Below, one piece after another: positions 18,018 through 27,910 of a stretch of 64,000 bases of DNA (position 1 is its first letter; each line of letters begins with the position of its first letter). Made by a program: the position numbers and the translations under genes. This DNA comes from an uncultured Kordiimonas sp. (GTDB taxonomy: Bacteria; Pseudomonadota; Alphaproteobacteria; Sphingomonadales; Kordiimonadaceae): positions 159,100-223,099 of the forward strand of contig CANNDZ010000003.1 of the NCBI GenBank assembly GCA_947503575.1. The letters run 5' to 3'. The notes beneath the pieces were generated by a model. That model searched no databases and had not been told where the DNA came from. It saw nothing but the letters and a program-made list of their open reading frames with translations.

Positions 18018-19607
18018 TCAAGAACGGCCAACGGCGTTTTTAACGTCAGCAAACTTCTTTGTGCCCATAATAATGAGCGCGACGTTCATCAGCATAACAA
18101 TAAACAGCGCGGGCAGACCGCCGAGGTTTGATAGCATTCGCACACCGTCAACGCCTGAAAAGCTAACCATGATCCATGCCGTAACGCCGATCAAACTGGC
18201 CCAAACAATTTTCAGGCGCAGGGTAATCGGGCGCGTTTCTTCTTCTGACAGGGACATGTGCGCGTCTTCACGCTGGCATAAGCCTGAAATCGCCTCCGTA
18301 TTGCTATCCGCTGCGGTCACAAAACACACAAACGAGAGCAGCACAAAGGCGGCAGACCAAACGCCTGGCAGCGGCAGCGCCTCAAACAAGGCATATATAA
18401 CGCTTTCCGGTCCGGTCTCTTGCAAAACAGAATACAAACTCATACCAGCCTGATCATATTCAATTGCGCTCGCTCCAAAAATAGACATCCAGACAATCGC
18501 AAACGACGACGGCAAAACAAGGTTGAAAGTAATGAATTGCCGAACGGTGTACCCACGGGCAATCCGCCCCAGGAACAAAGCCGTAATGGGCGCCCACGCC
18601 AGCCAGTTAGCCCAATAGAAGGTTGTCCAGTCGCGGGACCAGGCTGCATCGCCCAAAGCCCCCTGCCCCAGGGAACGCGGCAAAAACTCAGAAGCGAAAT
18701 CAACAACACCTTGTGCCCCGAACGACAGCATTTTTGTTGTTGGGCCAACCACAAACAGCACAGCGCACAACAAAAGGAAAAACCGTACGTTCCAGTCTGA
18801 CAAAATGCGAATGCCCCGCATCAAGCCGGATACAGATGACACCATAAAAGCGCCGACAATCGCCGCAGCCACCAGCGCCAATAGCCCGGCACCAGCCGTG
18901 ACGCCAAAAGTTGACGCCAAACCGCTTGAAATAGATAAAATACCGACACCCAGACTGGCCGACATGCCTGCAACAAGCGCAAAAAGGGCGACGGCATCAA
19001 CAACGGAACTTGACCATGCACCGGAAGGGATATCACAAGAAGGATAGTCACCAGACCCTTTACCAGAACGGTGTTTACCAAAGGTCAACGAAAGGGGCGC
19101 AGATAAGGAATACCCCAGCCCTAAATTATAGTAAGCGAGCGCAAACGCCAGACTGGGCACCGTGTAAATTGCGTAGGGTGTGATCGTCCAATGCATAAAC
19201 AGCGACGACATGGCAAACCGCCGGGCGCCATCACTTGCGGGCTCAATGCCGGAAATCGCGGGCGGTTCATGGAAATGATACAACGGCTCCGCTGTTGCCC
19301 AAAAAAGAATGCCAATGGCGATGGTGGTGCATAACGTGATAGTAAACCAGTTCCACCGCGACAGTATGGGAACCGCCGCCTCACCGCCAATACGCACCTT
19401 ACCAAGCGGGGAAAACCAAACCCAGACAATCGTCAGCACAAACCCGAAGCTGCCCCAGTTAAACAGGGTCCCAAAATAGCGTAAAATCCATGTATTGGCA
19501 CCCGTCACCGCAGCAAGAAACGCATCAAGGTTTACCAAGCTCGCGGCAACACCAAGCAATAAAAGCGCCATGGGTGCGAACGTAACTGTCCGCCTGAGAT
19601 GTGTCAT
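18018..19607 (-). CDS. BCCT family transporter (atypical)
   Basis: 12 TM, AEPLYHF, HWTITPYAIY, WTTFYWANWLAWAP, RGYTVRQF, TAADS. Confidence 0.88.
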   Translation of the reverse strand: MTHLRRTVTFAPMALLLLGVAASLVNLDAFLAAVTGANTWILRYFGTLFNWGSFGFVLTIVWVWFSPLGKVRIGGEAAVPILSRWNWFTITLCTTIAIGILFWATAEPLYHFHEPPAISGIEPASDGARRFAMSSLFMHWTITPYAIYTVPSLAFALAYYNLGLGYSLSAPLSLTFGKHRSGKGSGDYPSCDIPSGAWSSSVVDAVALFALVAGMSASLGVGILSISSGLASTFGVTAGAGLLALVAAAIVGAFMVSSVSGLMRGIRILSDWNVRFFLLLCAVLFVVGPTTKMLSFGAQGVVDFASEFLPRSLGQGALGDAAWSRDWTTFYWANWLAWAPITALFLGRIARGYTVRQFITFNLVLPSSFAIVWMSIFGASAIEYDQAGMSLYSVLQETGPESVIYALFEALPLPGVWSAAFVLLSFVCFVTAADSNTEAISGLCQREDAHMSLSEEETRPITLRLKIVWASLIGVTAWIMVSFSGVDGVRMLSNLGGLPALFIVMLMNVALIIMGTKKFADVKNAVGRS

Positions 19608-19827
19608 ATTGTGTCTGCTGGCTTAAAAATATGAAGTGCAGCCTATTGCAACACTCAGCCATTGCCAAGTCTGTCAGGGTTCCACCGGCAGCATTTGAAC
19701 TATCGCATTTTTCATAAATGCCTGTTGCATCGGAGTTATGTCCAACCGTATTGTTGGCGGTATTGGGGTTTAACAAGCCGCAAGTATGTTTCAAGCTCAC
19801 TCACAGTTTAGCAAGAGACCCAATGCA

Positions 19828-20451
19828 ATGATGACAAAAATAATTCTGGCGTTGGCTTCAGGCCTTTTGTTGATATTGGGTGTACCCAGGTTTCTGGCTG
19901 CAATCTGGATGGCGGTCGGAGTCCCCTTTTATGATGATATTGTAAATAGGCGCCCAGTGGAACCTGCAGATATTGACCTGCTGATGGAATCCCGCGAGGC
20001 GGCATTCTCTCTGTCCGGGGAGCCCAAAGCGCTGGCCGAGCTGGGGACAATCTATTCCACCACCTCTCAGACACCTGAAAGCATTGCCTTGGCAATTGAA
20101 ACTACCAAACAGGCCCTGGCTCTAAACCCTGTCGATTCCTTCACATGGCATCGGCTGGCGGTTTTATTGGCAGGGACCCCTGATGGCGCTGAGGAGGCAC
20201 TGACTGCGTGGCGCACCAGTCATGGTCTGGCGCCCTACGAGCCCCCGCTTTACAATCAACAATTTCATATTGGGGTCTTCCTCTACCGAAATATGACAGA
20301 AGAAGACAGGGGTATTTTACGGGAATATGCCAACCGGGCTTACGCGCGAAGCCGAGGTGGTTTTCGCAAGTATGCACGAGACAATGACTTGTTGGAATGG
20401 GCAAAATTTGTACTGAGAGACCCCAAAAAAACGGCCTATCTATCCTCATAA
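19828..20451 (+). CDS. Hypothetical protein, N-terminal membrane anchor and TPR-like helices
   Basis: Hydrophobic N-terminus; ALALNPVDSFTWHRLA resembles a TPR motif. Confidence 0.6.
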   Translation: MMTKIILALASGLLLILGVPRFLAAIWMAVGVPFYDDIVNRRPVEPADIDLLMESREAAFSLSGEPKALAELGTIYSTTSQTPESIALAIETTKQALALNPVDSFTWHRLAVLLAGTPDGAEEALTAWRTSHGLAPYEPPLYNQQFHIGVFLYRNMTEEDRGILREYANRAYARSRGGFRKYARDNDLLEWAKFVLRDPKKTAYLSS

Positions 20452-20489
20452 CAAATGTTAACAACAGACAAACTTGGTCTCCTCGCAAT

Positions 20490-21761
20490 CTAGCTTGCTA
20501 TGGATTTGCTTTCTGTTCTAGTCGCCCTGTGTACATCCAGATTAAGAGGTGCCGTGCCGTAAGCGGCGTCAAAGGCTCGGTCAAGATCAGCGATAATATC
20601 CTCGACACATTCGAGGCCAACAGACAAACGAACCAATTCCTCGCTTATGTGATACTGTGCCAGTTCTTCAGCGCTATATGTTGAGTGTGTCATGCTGGCA
20701 GGGTGCTGAATAAGTGTTTCTGCGTCGCCCAGGCTGACAGCGAGTGTGATCAGGTCCAGGGCATTCAGCAACTTTTTGGCAGCGGGCATACCTCCTTCAA
20801 TTTCAAAAGGAACCATACCGCCAAATCGCTTCATTTGTTTTTTGGCAACTGCGTGTTGGGCGTAGCTTTCAAGTCCGGGATAATACACTCTGGTTACCTT
20901 GGGGTGGCGCTCCAGATAGTCTGCAACAATTTCTGCGCTGTCGCAGTGGCGCTCCATCCGCAGCTCCAGTGTTTTAATACCGCGCAGTATTAAATTCGCG
21001 TCTTGCGCCGATAAAACCGCACCCGTCATGTCCTTTAGCCCAACAAGGCGGATATGCTGAATAAGATCTGAACCTCCAACAACAGCGCCGGCAATCAAGT
21101 CGCCGTGCCCGCCCAGATATTTGGTGGCGGAATGCACGACCAGATCTGCCCCCAGCGTAAGCGGCTGCTGCAAATAGGGTGTACTGTAGGTGTTATCAAC
21201 AACTACGGTTGCGTCAACAGTATGAGCGATATCCGCAACGGCCTTAATATCGACGATGCGCATGTTGGGATTGGCGGGCGTTTCAAAATAAACCACCTTG
21301 GTAGAGGATGAAATCGCATCTTTCAGTTTTTCAGGGCGCGTCAGGTCAACGTGGGTGATTGTGATGCCAAATTTCTGCAGCGACTCCCGGAAAAAAGAGA
21401 AAGTGCAGCCGTACAATGTACCATCGGTGATAATTTCATCGCCTGGTTCAACAAGTGACCAGATTGCTGAACAGATTGCCCCCATGCCGGATGACGCAGC
21501 AACAGCTGCTTCCCCGCCTTCAAGGTCGGCTAGCCGCGTTTCCAGCAGCGCAAGGGTCGGGTTGCTGATGCGGGTGTAAAAATATCCATCACGCTCGCCC
21601 GCAAAAATCTCACCGCCCTGCTCGGCTGTTTCAAAGGCAAACGTGGACGACATATAAACAGGAGGGTTGAGCGCACCATGATGGTCCGCTGCGCGGTGTC
21701 CCTGATGAATGGCCCGCGTTGCGAAACCTTTTGATGCGTCCAGTGTGCCACTTTTGCTCAT
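20490..21761 (-). CDS. megL: Methionine gamma-lyase (Cys/Met metabolism PLP enzyme)
   Basis: [29 protein letters not shown] lysine in [33 protein letters not shown]; start refined to 21761. Confidence 0.85.
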   Translation of the reverse strand: MSKSGTLDASKGFATRAIHQGHRAADHHGALNPPVYMSSTFAFETAEQGGEIFAGERDGYFYTRISNPTLALLETRLADLEGGEAAVAASSGMGAICSAIWSLVEPGDEIITDGTLYGCTFSFFRESLQKFGITITHVDLTRPEKLKDAISSSTKVVYFETPANPNMRIVDIKAVADIAHTVDATVVVDNTYSTPYLQQPLTLGADLVVHSATKYLGGHGDLIAGAVVGGSDLIQHIRLVGLKDMTGAVLSAQDANLILRGIKTLELRMERHCDSAEIVADYLERHPKVTRVYYPGLESYAQHAVAKKQMKRFGGMVPFEIEGGMPAAKKLLNALDLITLAVSLGDAETLIQHPASMTHSTYSAEELAQYHISEELVRLSVGLECVEDIIADLDRAFDAAYGTAPLNLDVHRATRTESKSIAS

Positions 21762-21914
21762 AGTCAGTCTTTCCAATTACCAATTGGCCCAAATACCAAC
21801 GCGACAACGCGCTTCAATTGGTTCCAAATGTAACAAATTATGAGCGCAATTTGCTTGCTATTCATACATTAGAAGGGTTCAATATTGGCAATATCTGCCA
21901 AAATGGGTAAAAAT

Positions 21915-22367
21915 ATGGACACGATAGACCGAAAAATTGTCTCTGAACTGCAGAAAGATGGCCGAATCACCAACAATGATCTGGCAAATGCAGTCAACCT
22001 GTCACCATCCCCCTGCCTGCGGCGCGTTCGTAAACTGGAACGAGATGGTGTTATTCAGGAATACACGGCGGTTGTTGACCACGACAAATGTGGCTGGCCA
22101 ATTAGTGTTTTTGCCATGATCAAGCTGCAGCGACATGACGAAACAACGGTGCAGACATTTGAACGCCAGGTTCAAAATCTTGAGATGATACTGGAGTGTT
22201 TTTTAATGGCCGGGTCGGCTGATTATCTGGTCCACATTGTGGGCCGAAGCCTTGCTGACTATGAAGCCTTTGTGAAAACGAAACTGCACACAATTCCGGG
22301 GATTGCTTCAATTGAGTCCCATATCGCTTATGGCACAATCAAACGCGGTTTTCAGCTGCCGCAATAA
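21915..22367 (+). CDS. Lrp/AsnC regulator divergent from megL
   Basis: MDTIDRKIVSELQKDGR, LSPSPCLRRVRKLE, GSADYL. Confidence 0.92.
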   Translation: MDTIDRKIVSELQKDGRITNNDLANAVNLSPSPCLRRVRKLERDGVIQEYTAVVDHDKCGWPISVFAMIKLQRHDETTVQTFERQVQNLEMILECFLMAGSADYLVHIVGRSLADYEAFVKTKLHTIPGIASIESHIAYGTIKRGFQLPQ

Positions 22368-22393
22368 AAAACCGGCCCAAAGGCCGGTTTATT
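22366..22393. terminator. Bidirectional terminator
   Basis: AAAAAACCGGCC-CAAA-GGCCGGTTTATT. Confidence 0.8.
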
Positions 22394-22417
22394 GTTATCC
22401 CAGGTGGCGTTGGCACC

Positions 22418-22939
22418 TTATTTCTTCAGATACTCAAGCATCGTGTCTGCGTCTGACACTTCAAATGGGTCGGTCGGGCAATTGTCCTCAAACCCTGGCT
22501 CAACGAACATTTCCTTGATCTCGCCGTTGTCGACAAACATGGAGTACCGCCAGCTACGCAAACCGAAGCCCAGGTTATCTTTGTTGACGAGCATGCCCAT
22601 TTTGCGGGTGAATTCGCCGCTGCCGTCCGGTAGCAGGAAGACGTTTTCAGCACCCTGGGACTTGCCCCACTGGTACATGACGAATGCATCATTCACTGAC
22701 ACACAAATGATTTGGTCGACACCCAACGCTTTGAATTCGTCATACAGTTCTTCATAGCGAGGCAAATGGCTTGTTGAACATGTTGGGGTAAACGCGCCCG
22801 GCAGCGAAAACACGACAACCTTTTTGTTGTCAAAAATCTCGCTGGTGGTCAGATCTTTCCACTCAAAGGGGTTTGGGCCTTCAAGCGCATCGTTACGAAC
22901 GCGGGTTTTAAAAGTGGTTTTTGGGACATTCAAAATCAT
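22418..22939 (-). CDS. Peroxiredoxin, Prx5 type (PGdx N-terminal-like)
   Basis: [33 protein letters not shown]; ATG at 22939 with AGGAG RBS. Confidence 0.92.
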   Translation of the reverse strand: MILNVPKTTFKTRVRNDALEGPNPFEWKDLTTSEIFDNKKVVVFSLPGAFTPTCSTSHLPRYEELYDEFKALGVDQIICVSVNDAFVMYQWGKSQGAENVFLLPDGSGEFTRKMGMLVNKDNLGFGLRSWRYSMFVDNGEIKEMFVEPGFEDNCPTDPFEVSDADTMLEYLKK

Positions 22940-23086
22940 AAAGCTCTCCTGTGCTTGGGAATTGAAGCCACCATACATGCACAAGTTAGCAAGTTAAAAT
23001 TGATAATATGACGATAATTGATCGAAATAACCGATAAAGGAACCGGCCATGGTGGGCCGGCCCCGAAGCACGGCATGCCGCCCCTA

Positions 23087-23485
23087 TTACATCAGACCAA
23101 TAACCTGATAGGCAAGGACCCCAGCACTGCCCAGCAGTCCGATAATTGTCCCTAGTGCCCCAAAAACACGCAACACCAGAGGGCTATCCGCACTGGATAA
23201 GGCCAAAGCGTGGGAAAACCGAGCCAATACGAAAATGCCGCCGAGAATAAGGACGGTATTAGAAGCGCCACCAAGCAGTTCCAGCAGCATCAGCAGAATC
23301 AAAAACATTGGTGCGTTTTCAATCAGGTTTCCGTGCCGCCGGGTCAGGCGTAGCAAGTCCTGATTACCACCATCGCCAAGCGAAATAGACTCCGCCCGTC
23401 TTTTGTTGCCAACGGTCATCATCAATACGACCTGCAACACTGCAAGCACTGCGGCGACAAGCGCTGTAGTTAACGGTAATGTCAT
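23087..23485 (-). CDS. MAPEG family membrane protein
   Basis: SLGDGG, RRHGNLIENAP, ARFSHA; 3-4 TM. Confidence 0.9.
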   Translation of the reverse strand: MTLPLTTALVAAVLAVLQVVLMMTVGNKRRAESISLGDGGNQDLLRLTRRHGNLIENAPMFLILLMLLELLGGASNTVLILGGIFVLARFSHALALSSADSPLVLRVFGALGTIIGLLGSAGVLAYQVIGLM

Positions 23486-23583
23486 AATAGATCCCCTTTT
23501 TAATGTGACAGATCCGCATTATCTGCCTTGTGCATAGTTGGATAGAGTTCTGGCTTTAATAAGCCATTGAATTTAGACCCAGT

Positions 23584-23601
23584 TGGTGCATATATGCACC
23601 A
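23584..23601. promoter_or_regulatory. Perfect 18-bp palindrome at the LysR start (probable LysR recognition site)
   Basis: TGGTGCATATATGCACCA ends 3 nt before the ATG. Confidence 0.6.
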
Positions 23602-23603
23602 TT

Positions 23604-24494
23604 ATGAATTGGGATGACCTAAAAATATTCCTCGCGGTTGCCGAAGCGCCTTCCATGCGGGCGGCTGCCAAAGCGCTGCGTGTGAGCCACAGCACGGTGT
23701 CGCGGCGCATTGAAGCGCTGGAAGGAAAACTGGCTGCCCGGCTGTTTGACAGGCTGCCAGAAGGCTACCGCCTGACACCCGCAGGGCACGACTTATTGCC
23801 AATTTCCCAGGAGCTTAGGCAGAAAATTGATGCTTATAACCTGAGGGTTCTAGGGCGAGACACAGAACTGGAGGGCACCATTGTTCTGACAATGCCTGAT
23901 ACTGTTGGGATCGCGGTGATCATGCCTTACATCGCAGAATTTCAGGAAAAATTTCCCGATATAATTGTCCGTATTGACGACTCCGTCGAAATATATGATC
24001 TGAACCGCCGCGAAGCCGATATTGCTTTTCGGTTCACAAACGAGCCACCGGAACATTTGATTGGCAGGCGTATCGCGAACGCCCACCAGGCGATTTATGC
24101 CCACAAAGAATATGCAAGTGCGTTCAACTTGTCAGAACCGGATTGTAACGCCAAATGGATTGGCTGGGGGCAGCCGGAGGATAATCCAGCATGGATACAG
24201 TCGTCGCCCTACCCCCACCTGAAAATGGCAGGCCACTTCAATAATCCACTTATCCAAAAAGAAGCCGTGCGTCAAAAATTAGGTATTGGTCTATTGCCCT
24301 GCGCCCTTATGCAAAATGATGATGATTTTGTCTGTTTATCCGAGCGGCAACCATATTTGGATTTTTGGGTCCTGACCCACCGCGATCTGAAAGACACAGC
24401 AAGGCTACGCGTTTTTCGGGAATTCATTTTTGGCAAATCATCAGAGCTAAGTCGCATTTTTCGAGGTGATTTCGTAAAAAAAGGAGCCAAATAG
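23604..24494 (+). CDS. LysR family regulator
   Basis: MNWDDLKIFLAVAE, HSTVSRRIEALE, LFDRLPEGYRLTPAG. Confidence 0.93.
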   Translation: MNWDDLKIFLAVAEAPSMRAAAKALRVSHSTVSRRIEALEGKLAARLFDRLPEGYRLTPAGHDLLPISQELRQKIDAYNLRVLGRDTELEGTIVLTMPDTVGIAVIMPYIAEFQEKFPDIIVRIDDSVEIYDLNRREADIAFRFTNEPPEHLIGRRIANAHQAIYAHKEYASAFNLSEPDCNAKWIGWGQPEDNPAWIQSSPYPHLKMAGHFNNPLIQKEAVRQKLGIGLLPCALMQNDDDFVCLSERQPYLDFWVLTHRDLKDTARLRVFREFIFGKSSELSRIFRGDFVKKGAK

Positions 24495-24502
24495 CTCCTT
24501 TT
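24476..24502. terminator. Bidirectional terminator
   Basis: AAAAGGAGC-CAAATA-GCTCCTTTT. Confidence 0.75.
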
Positions 24503-24541
24503 GTGTCGATTTTTCGTAACTTTTTTACCTCAACAAGGGCG

Positions 24542-27500
24542 TCAGGGCTGCCAAACGGGCAGTCTACCCGGTGTCCATGGGGCACCCATTGCCTCGAGAC
24601 GATCCTCAAAAGTAGCGAGGCGTTCATCAACCAGGCGCAGGCTGGCAAGAGCGTCGGCAAACTCTTCAGACGCAATTTCATAAGCTCCGGTGTGCACACC
24701 CGTTGGTGCAGACTGTGAATGCCAATGACCAAAAATAATCGATGAAACCCGCGCTGATATTGACATTGGCACCGGCTCATTGCGGGATGCAATTGTGCGG
24801 TCCCCTGACATTTTCACCCGCAATTCCCGCAGGGCATCATTGATGGCGACAAGGGCTTGCTTGTCCGCTTCGCCCGCCGTTTCCGTGCGCAACAATGCTG
24901 CTTGCAAATGGTCAATCCGGCGCTGCATCTCACCCATCAAACCGCTGGCACCGTCCACCGCCCGCCGGAGTTCGGCAGTCTTATTCTGGAACTCAAGCAA
25001 TCCTGCGCGGTCTGCCGTAATTTCTGGGCTATTTTCCAATGGCTTAACAACAAAACTCTGCGGCTCCGAAAGCTGGCTAAGTACACCGTCCTGACGTACC
25101 GCAAGGGATACTTGATAGTCTCCCGGCAATGCCATCGGCCCGAACGGCTCACTGGCCCACGGGGGCCGGTAACCGGATGCTGTTCGCAACTGGACCCTGT
25201 TGGGCGCATCAAGGCGCAGGTCCCATGCAACACGATGCAACCCTTTGGTTTTCGGCGCGGTCAAACGCCGAACAACGGCGCCATTGGCATCTGTCACCGT
25301 CAGCACCAGGTACGGCGCTTCCTCTGTGTCTTCCTCCCTCAAGGCGTCCCAGCTTGGGTACGGTGTATCACCGCCGTCTTTCTCAATTTCTTGCTCGGCT
25401 TTACGCCGCATTTGCGCCTTGGTGTTATAGCCTTCGTTCAGATAATAGGTGAAAACAGCACCAAACGGCGGGTTTTCGGTGGTGAAATACTCATCACCCT
25501 GGCTACCCTTCAGCTCATTACCGTATTGGAAGCTTTCCACATATTGCCATGTGTCTTTTACCGGGAACAAAGTAGCCCGCGCGCCGGACACCGCATCAGC
25601 AGATGACCTCAAAGGACTATAATCATCAAGGATATAGATGCCACGCCCGAAAGTACCCACCACCAGGTCGTTTTCGCGGCGCTGGATTTCAAGATCACGC
25701 ACCGCAATGGTCGGCAGACCAGTTTTCATCCGGTGCCAGCTTTCACCGCCATCCTGGGTGAAGAAAACGCCGTATTCCGTGCCAACAAACAACAGGTTCG
25801 GGTCTTCATGGTCCTCAACAATGGTATGAACGGTGCCGCGTTCCGGCAGGTCACCCGAAATCAATCGCCAACTGCGACCTTTGTTGATGGTTTTCATGAC
25901 ATAGGGTTTAAAGTCACCACGCTTGTGATTGTCTACCACCGCATAGGCGACATTTTCGTCATGCATGGATGCCTGAACATCTTCAATCAAAGACATATCC
26001 GGCACATCCCTGAAGCTATCCACCGTGCGCCAGTTTGCGCCGCCGTCTTCTGATACACTGATAAGCCCATCATCCGTCCCGACGTACAGCAGGTTGGGCA
26101 CTATGGCGCTTTCGCTGAAGCCAATAATACTGCCATACCGCGACGTACTGTCGTTTTTGGCGACGGCGTCTACACTCCAGACCCGACCCATAACCTCAAG
26201 CGTATTGCGGTCGATTTTGCGCGTCAGGTCCGGGCTGATAGCCTGCCAATTACTGCCCCTGTCGTCAGAGCGATACACTCGTTCTGCTGAGTAATAGATA
26301 CGGTCCGTATTATGCGGACTAATCAGCAAGGGGGTATTCCAGTTCCATTTGGGTGCGTTTTCGCCAGATGCCGGTTGCGGCGTGATGTAAATCCGCTCCC
26401 CGGTGCGCCTGTCATATCGCGCCAGCCCGCCATACTGGTACTGCGTGTATATGCGGTTTGGGTCGCTGGGGTCGATTTGCGGTTCGTAGCCGTCACCGCC
26501 AATCAGGATAGTCCAGTCCTCGTTGCCGATGCCGTGCATATCCTGCGTTCTGGACGGCGCACACAGTGAATTGTTATCCTGTGTGCCACCACACACATTA
26601 TAAAAAGGTTCGGCGTTATCAGGCTGTATACGATAAAACTGTGTGATCGGCAGGTTGCGTACATGCCGCCAAGTCGCACCCATGTCCCAGCTTTCATAAA
26701 TACCGCCATCACCGCCGATAAACAGATGATTGCTGTTGGCCGGGTCAATCCAAAGCGCATGGTCATCAACATGCCTGAACCGGTTCGACATCGGTGCCCA
26801 GGTCTTACCGCCGTCGTGGGACACATTGCTGAATGTATCCAGTGAATACACGCGGTTCGGGTTGTTGGGGTCCACTACCAGCTCATTGTAATACTGAGGG
26901 CTTGTGGTTATGTGGCCAGATTGTTTGCGCCAACTGATCCCAAAGTTATCAGAGCGGTACACACCGCGCTCGGCATCACTGGCTTCAACAATGGCATACA
27001 GCGTATCAGGTGCAGATGGTGCCATCGCCAAACCAATACGGCCCATGTCATCTTTGCTTGGCAAGCCTGATTTCACCTCGGCCCAGCTCTCGCCGCCGTC
27101 CGCTGTTCTGTGGATACCGCTACCCGGGCCACCGTTGATCAGCACCCATACATGGCGGCGACGCTGGTATGTGGACACAACGATATTGTCGAAATCGTTA
27201 GGGTCGACAACAAACTCGTTAACACCTGTGTGCTCATCAATTTCCAGAATTTGGGTCCAGGTTTCGCCGCCGTCTGTGGTTTTATAAAGTCCGCGGTCGC
27301 CGCCTTCGTTCCACAACGGGCCCTGCGCCGCCACCAAAACAGTATCGCTGTCCTCTGGGTTAATCCAAATCTGGCTGATGTGACCACTGTCCTTCAGGCC
27401 CATGTTGGTCCAGCTTTTACCGCCATCCACAGACTTATAGACACCGTCACCGTTCGCGACAGACCGTTGGGCGTTGTTTTCCCCCGTCCCAACCCAAACC

Positions 27501-27823
27501 GTGTTTTCGTTTGTGGGATCTATCTCTATTACCCCAATGGAGTAAGACCCTTCGTTTTCAAACAGGGCTTGCCAGGTCGTGCCATTATTGTCTGTTTTCC
27601 AAAGGTTCCCCGATGACGTCGCCACAAAATAGGAATGAGCCCCGCCTTCATGAAAGGCAAAGTCTGAGATACGGCCAGACGTAAGCGCTGGCCCGATGTT
27701 TCGGAACTTCAACCCCGCAAAAGGATTATCCGCAGCAATGGCGGGCGCAGAATAAGCCCCACCCAAAATAGTTAGTCCAAGAAGGCCAGCTTTAAGCGCC
27801 TGAAGGGCTGCGCGTCGTTTCAT
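24542..27823 (-). CDS. Secreted BNR/Asp-box (VPS10/sortilin-like) beta-propeller protein, paralog 3
   Basis: Many SxDxGxxW boxes, FRNIGPALTSGRI, QFY, GGTQDN, GTFGRGIY, Ig-like LHRVAWDLR and a helical C-terminus; start refined to MKRRAAL (27823). Confidence 0.88.
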   Translation of the reverse strand: MKRRAALQALKAGLLGLTILGGAYSAPAIAADNPFAGLKFRNIGPALTSGRISDFAFHEGGAHSYFVATSSGNLWKTDNNGTTWQALFENEGSYSIGVIEIDPTNENTVWVGTGENNAQRSVANGDGVYKSVDGGKSWTNMGLKDSGHISQIWINPEDSDTVLVAAQGPLWNEGGDRGLYKTTDGGETWTQILEIDEHTGVNEFVVDPNDFDNIVVSTYQRRRHVWVLINGGPGSGIHRTADGGESWAEVKSGLPSKDDMGRIGLAMAPSAPDTLYAIVEASDAERGVYRSDNFGISWRKQSGHITTSPQYYNELVVDPNNPNRVYSLDTFSNVSHDGGKTWAPMSNRFRHVDDHALWIDPANSNHLFIGGDGGIYESWDMGATWRHVRNLPITQFYRIQPDNAEPFYNVCGGTQDNNSLCAPSRTQDMHGIGNEDWTILIGGDGYEPQIDPSDPNRIYTQYQYGGLARYDRRTGERIYITPQPASGENAPKWNWNTPLLISPHNTDRIYYSAERVYRSDDRGSNWQAISPDLTRKIDRNTLEVMGRVWSVDAVAKNDSTSRYGSIIGFSESAIVPNLLYVGTDDGLISVSEDGGANWRTVDSFRDVPDMSLIEDVQASMHDENVAYAVVDNHKRGDFKPYVMKTINKGRSWRLISGDLPERGTVHTIVEDHEDPNLLFVGTEYGVFFTQDGGESWHRMKTGLPTIAVRDLEIQRRENDLVVGTFGRGIYILDDYSPLRSSADAVSGARATLFPVKDTWQYVESFQYGNELKGSQGDEYFTTENPPFGAVFTYYLNEGYNTKAQMRRKAEQEIEKDGGDTPYPSWDALREEDTEEAPYLVLTVTDANGAVVRRLTAPKTKGLHRVAWDLRLDAPNRVQLRTASGYRPPWASEPFGPMALPGDYQVSLAVRQDGVLSQLSEPQSFVVKPLENSPEITADRAGLLEFQNKTAELRRAVDGASGLMGEMQRRIDHLQAALLRTETAGEADKQALVAINDALRELRVKMSGDRTIASRNEPVPMSISARVSSIIFGHWHSQSAPTGVHTGAYEIASEEFADALASLRLVDERLATFEDRLEAMGAPWTPGRLPVWQP

Positions 27824-27833
27824 CGTTTCGTCC

Positions 27834-27869
27834 CCTGAATACGGTCCTGAATGTGGTCCTGAATATGGT
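27834..27869. repeat. Three 12-bp tandem repeats in the RBS region
   Basis: CCTGAATACGGT CCTGAATGTGGT CCTGAATATGGT. Confidence 0.85.
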
Positions 27870-27910
27870 AATGTATGCGACCGCACCCCGAAGGCTGCGG
27901 CCATGAAAGC

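Noticed and set aside
19646-19653. TTGCAACA matching the dyad arm upstream of the TBDR at 47036
   Set aside because: Only a half site; an 8-mer match is expected by chance
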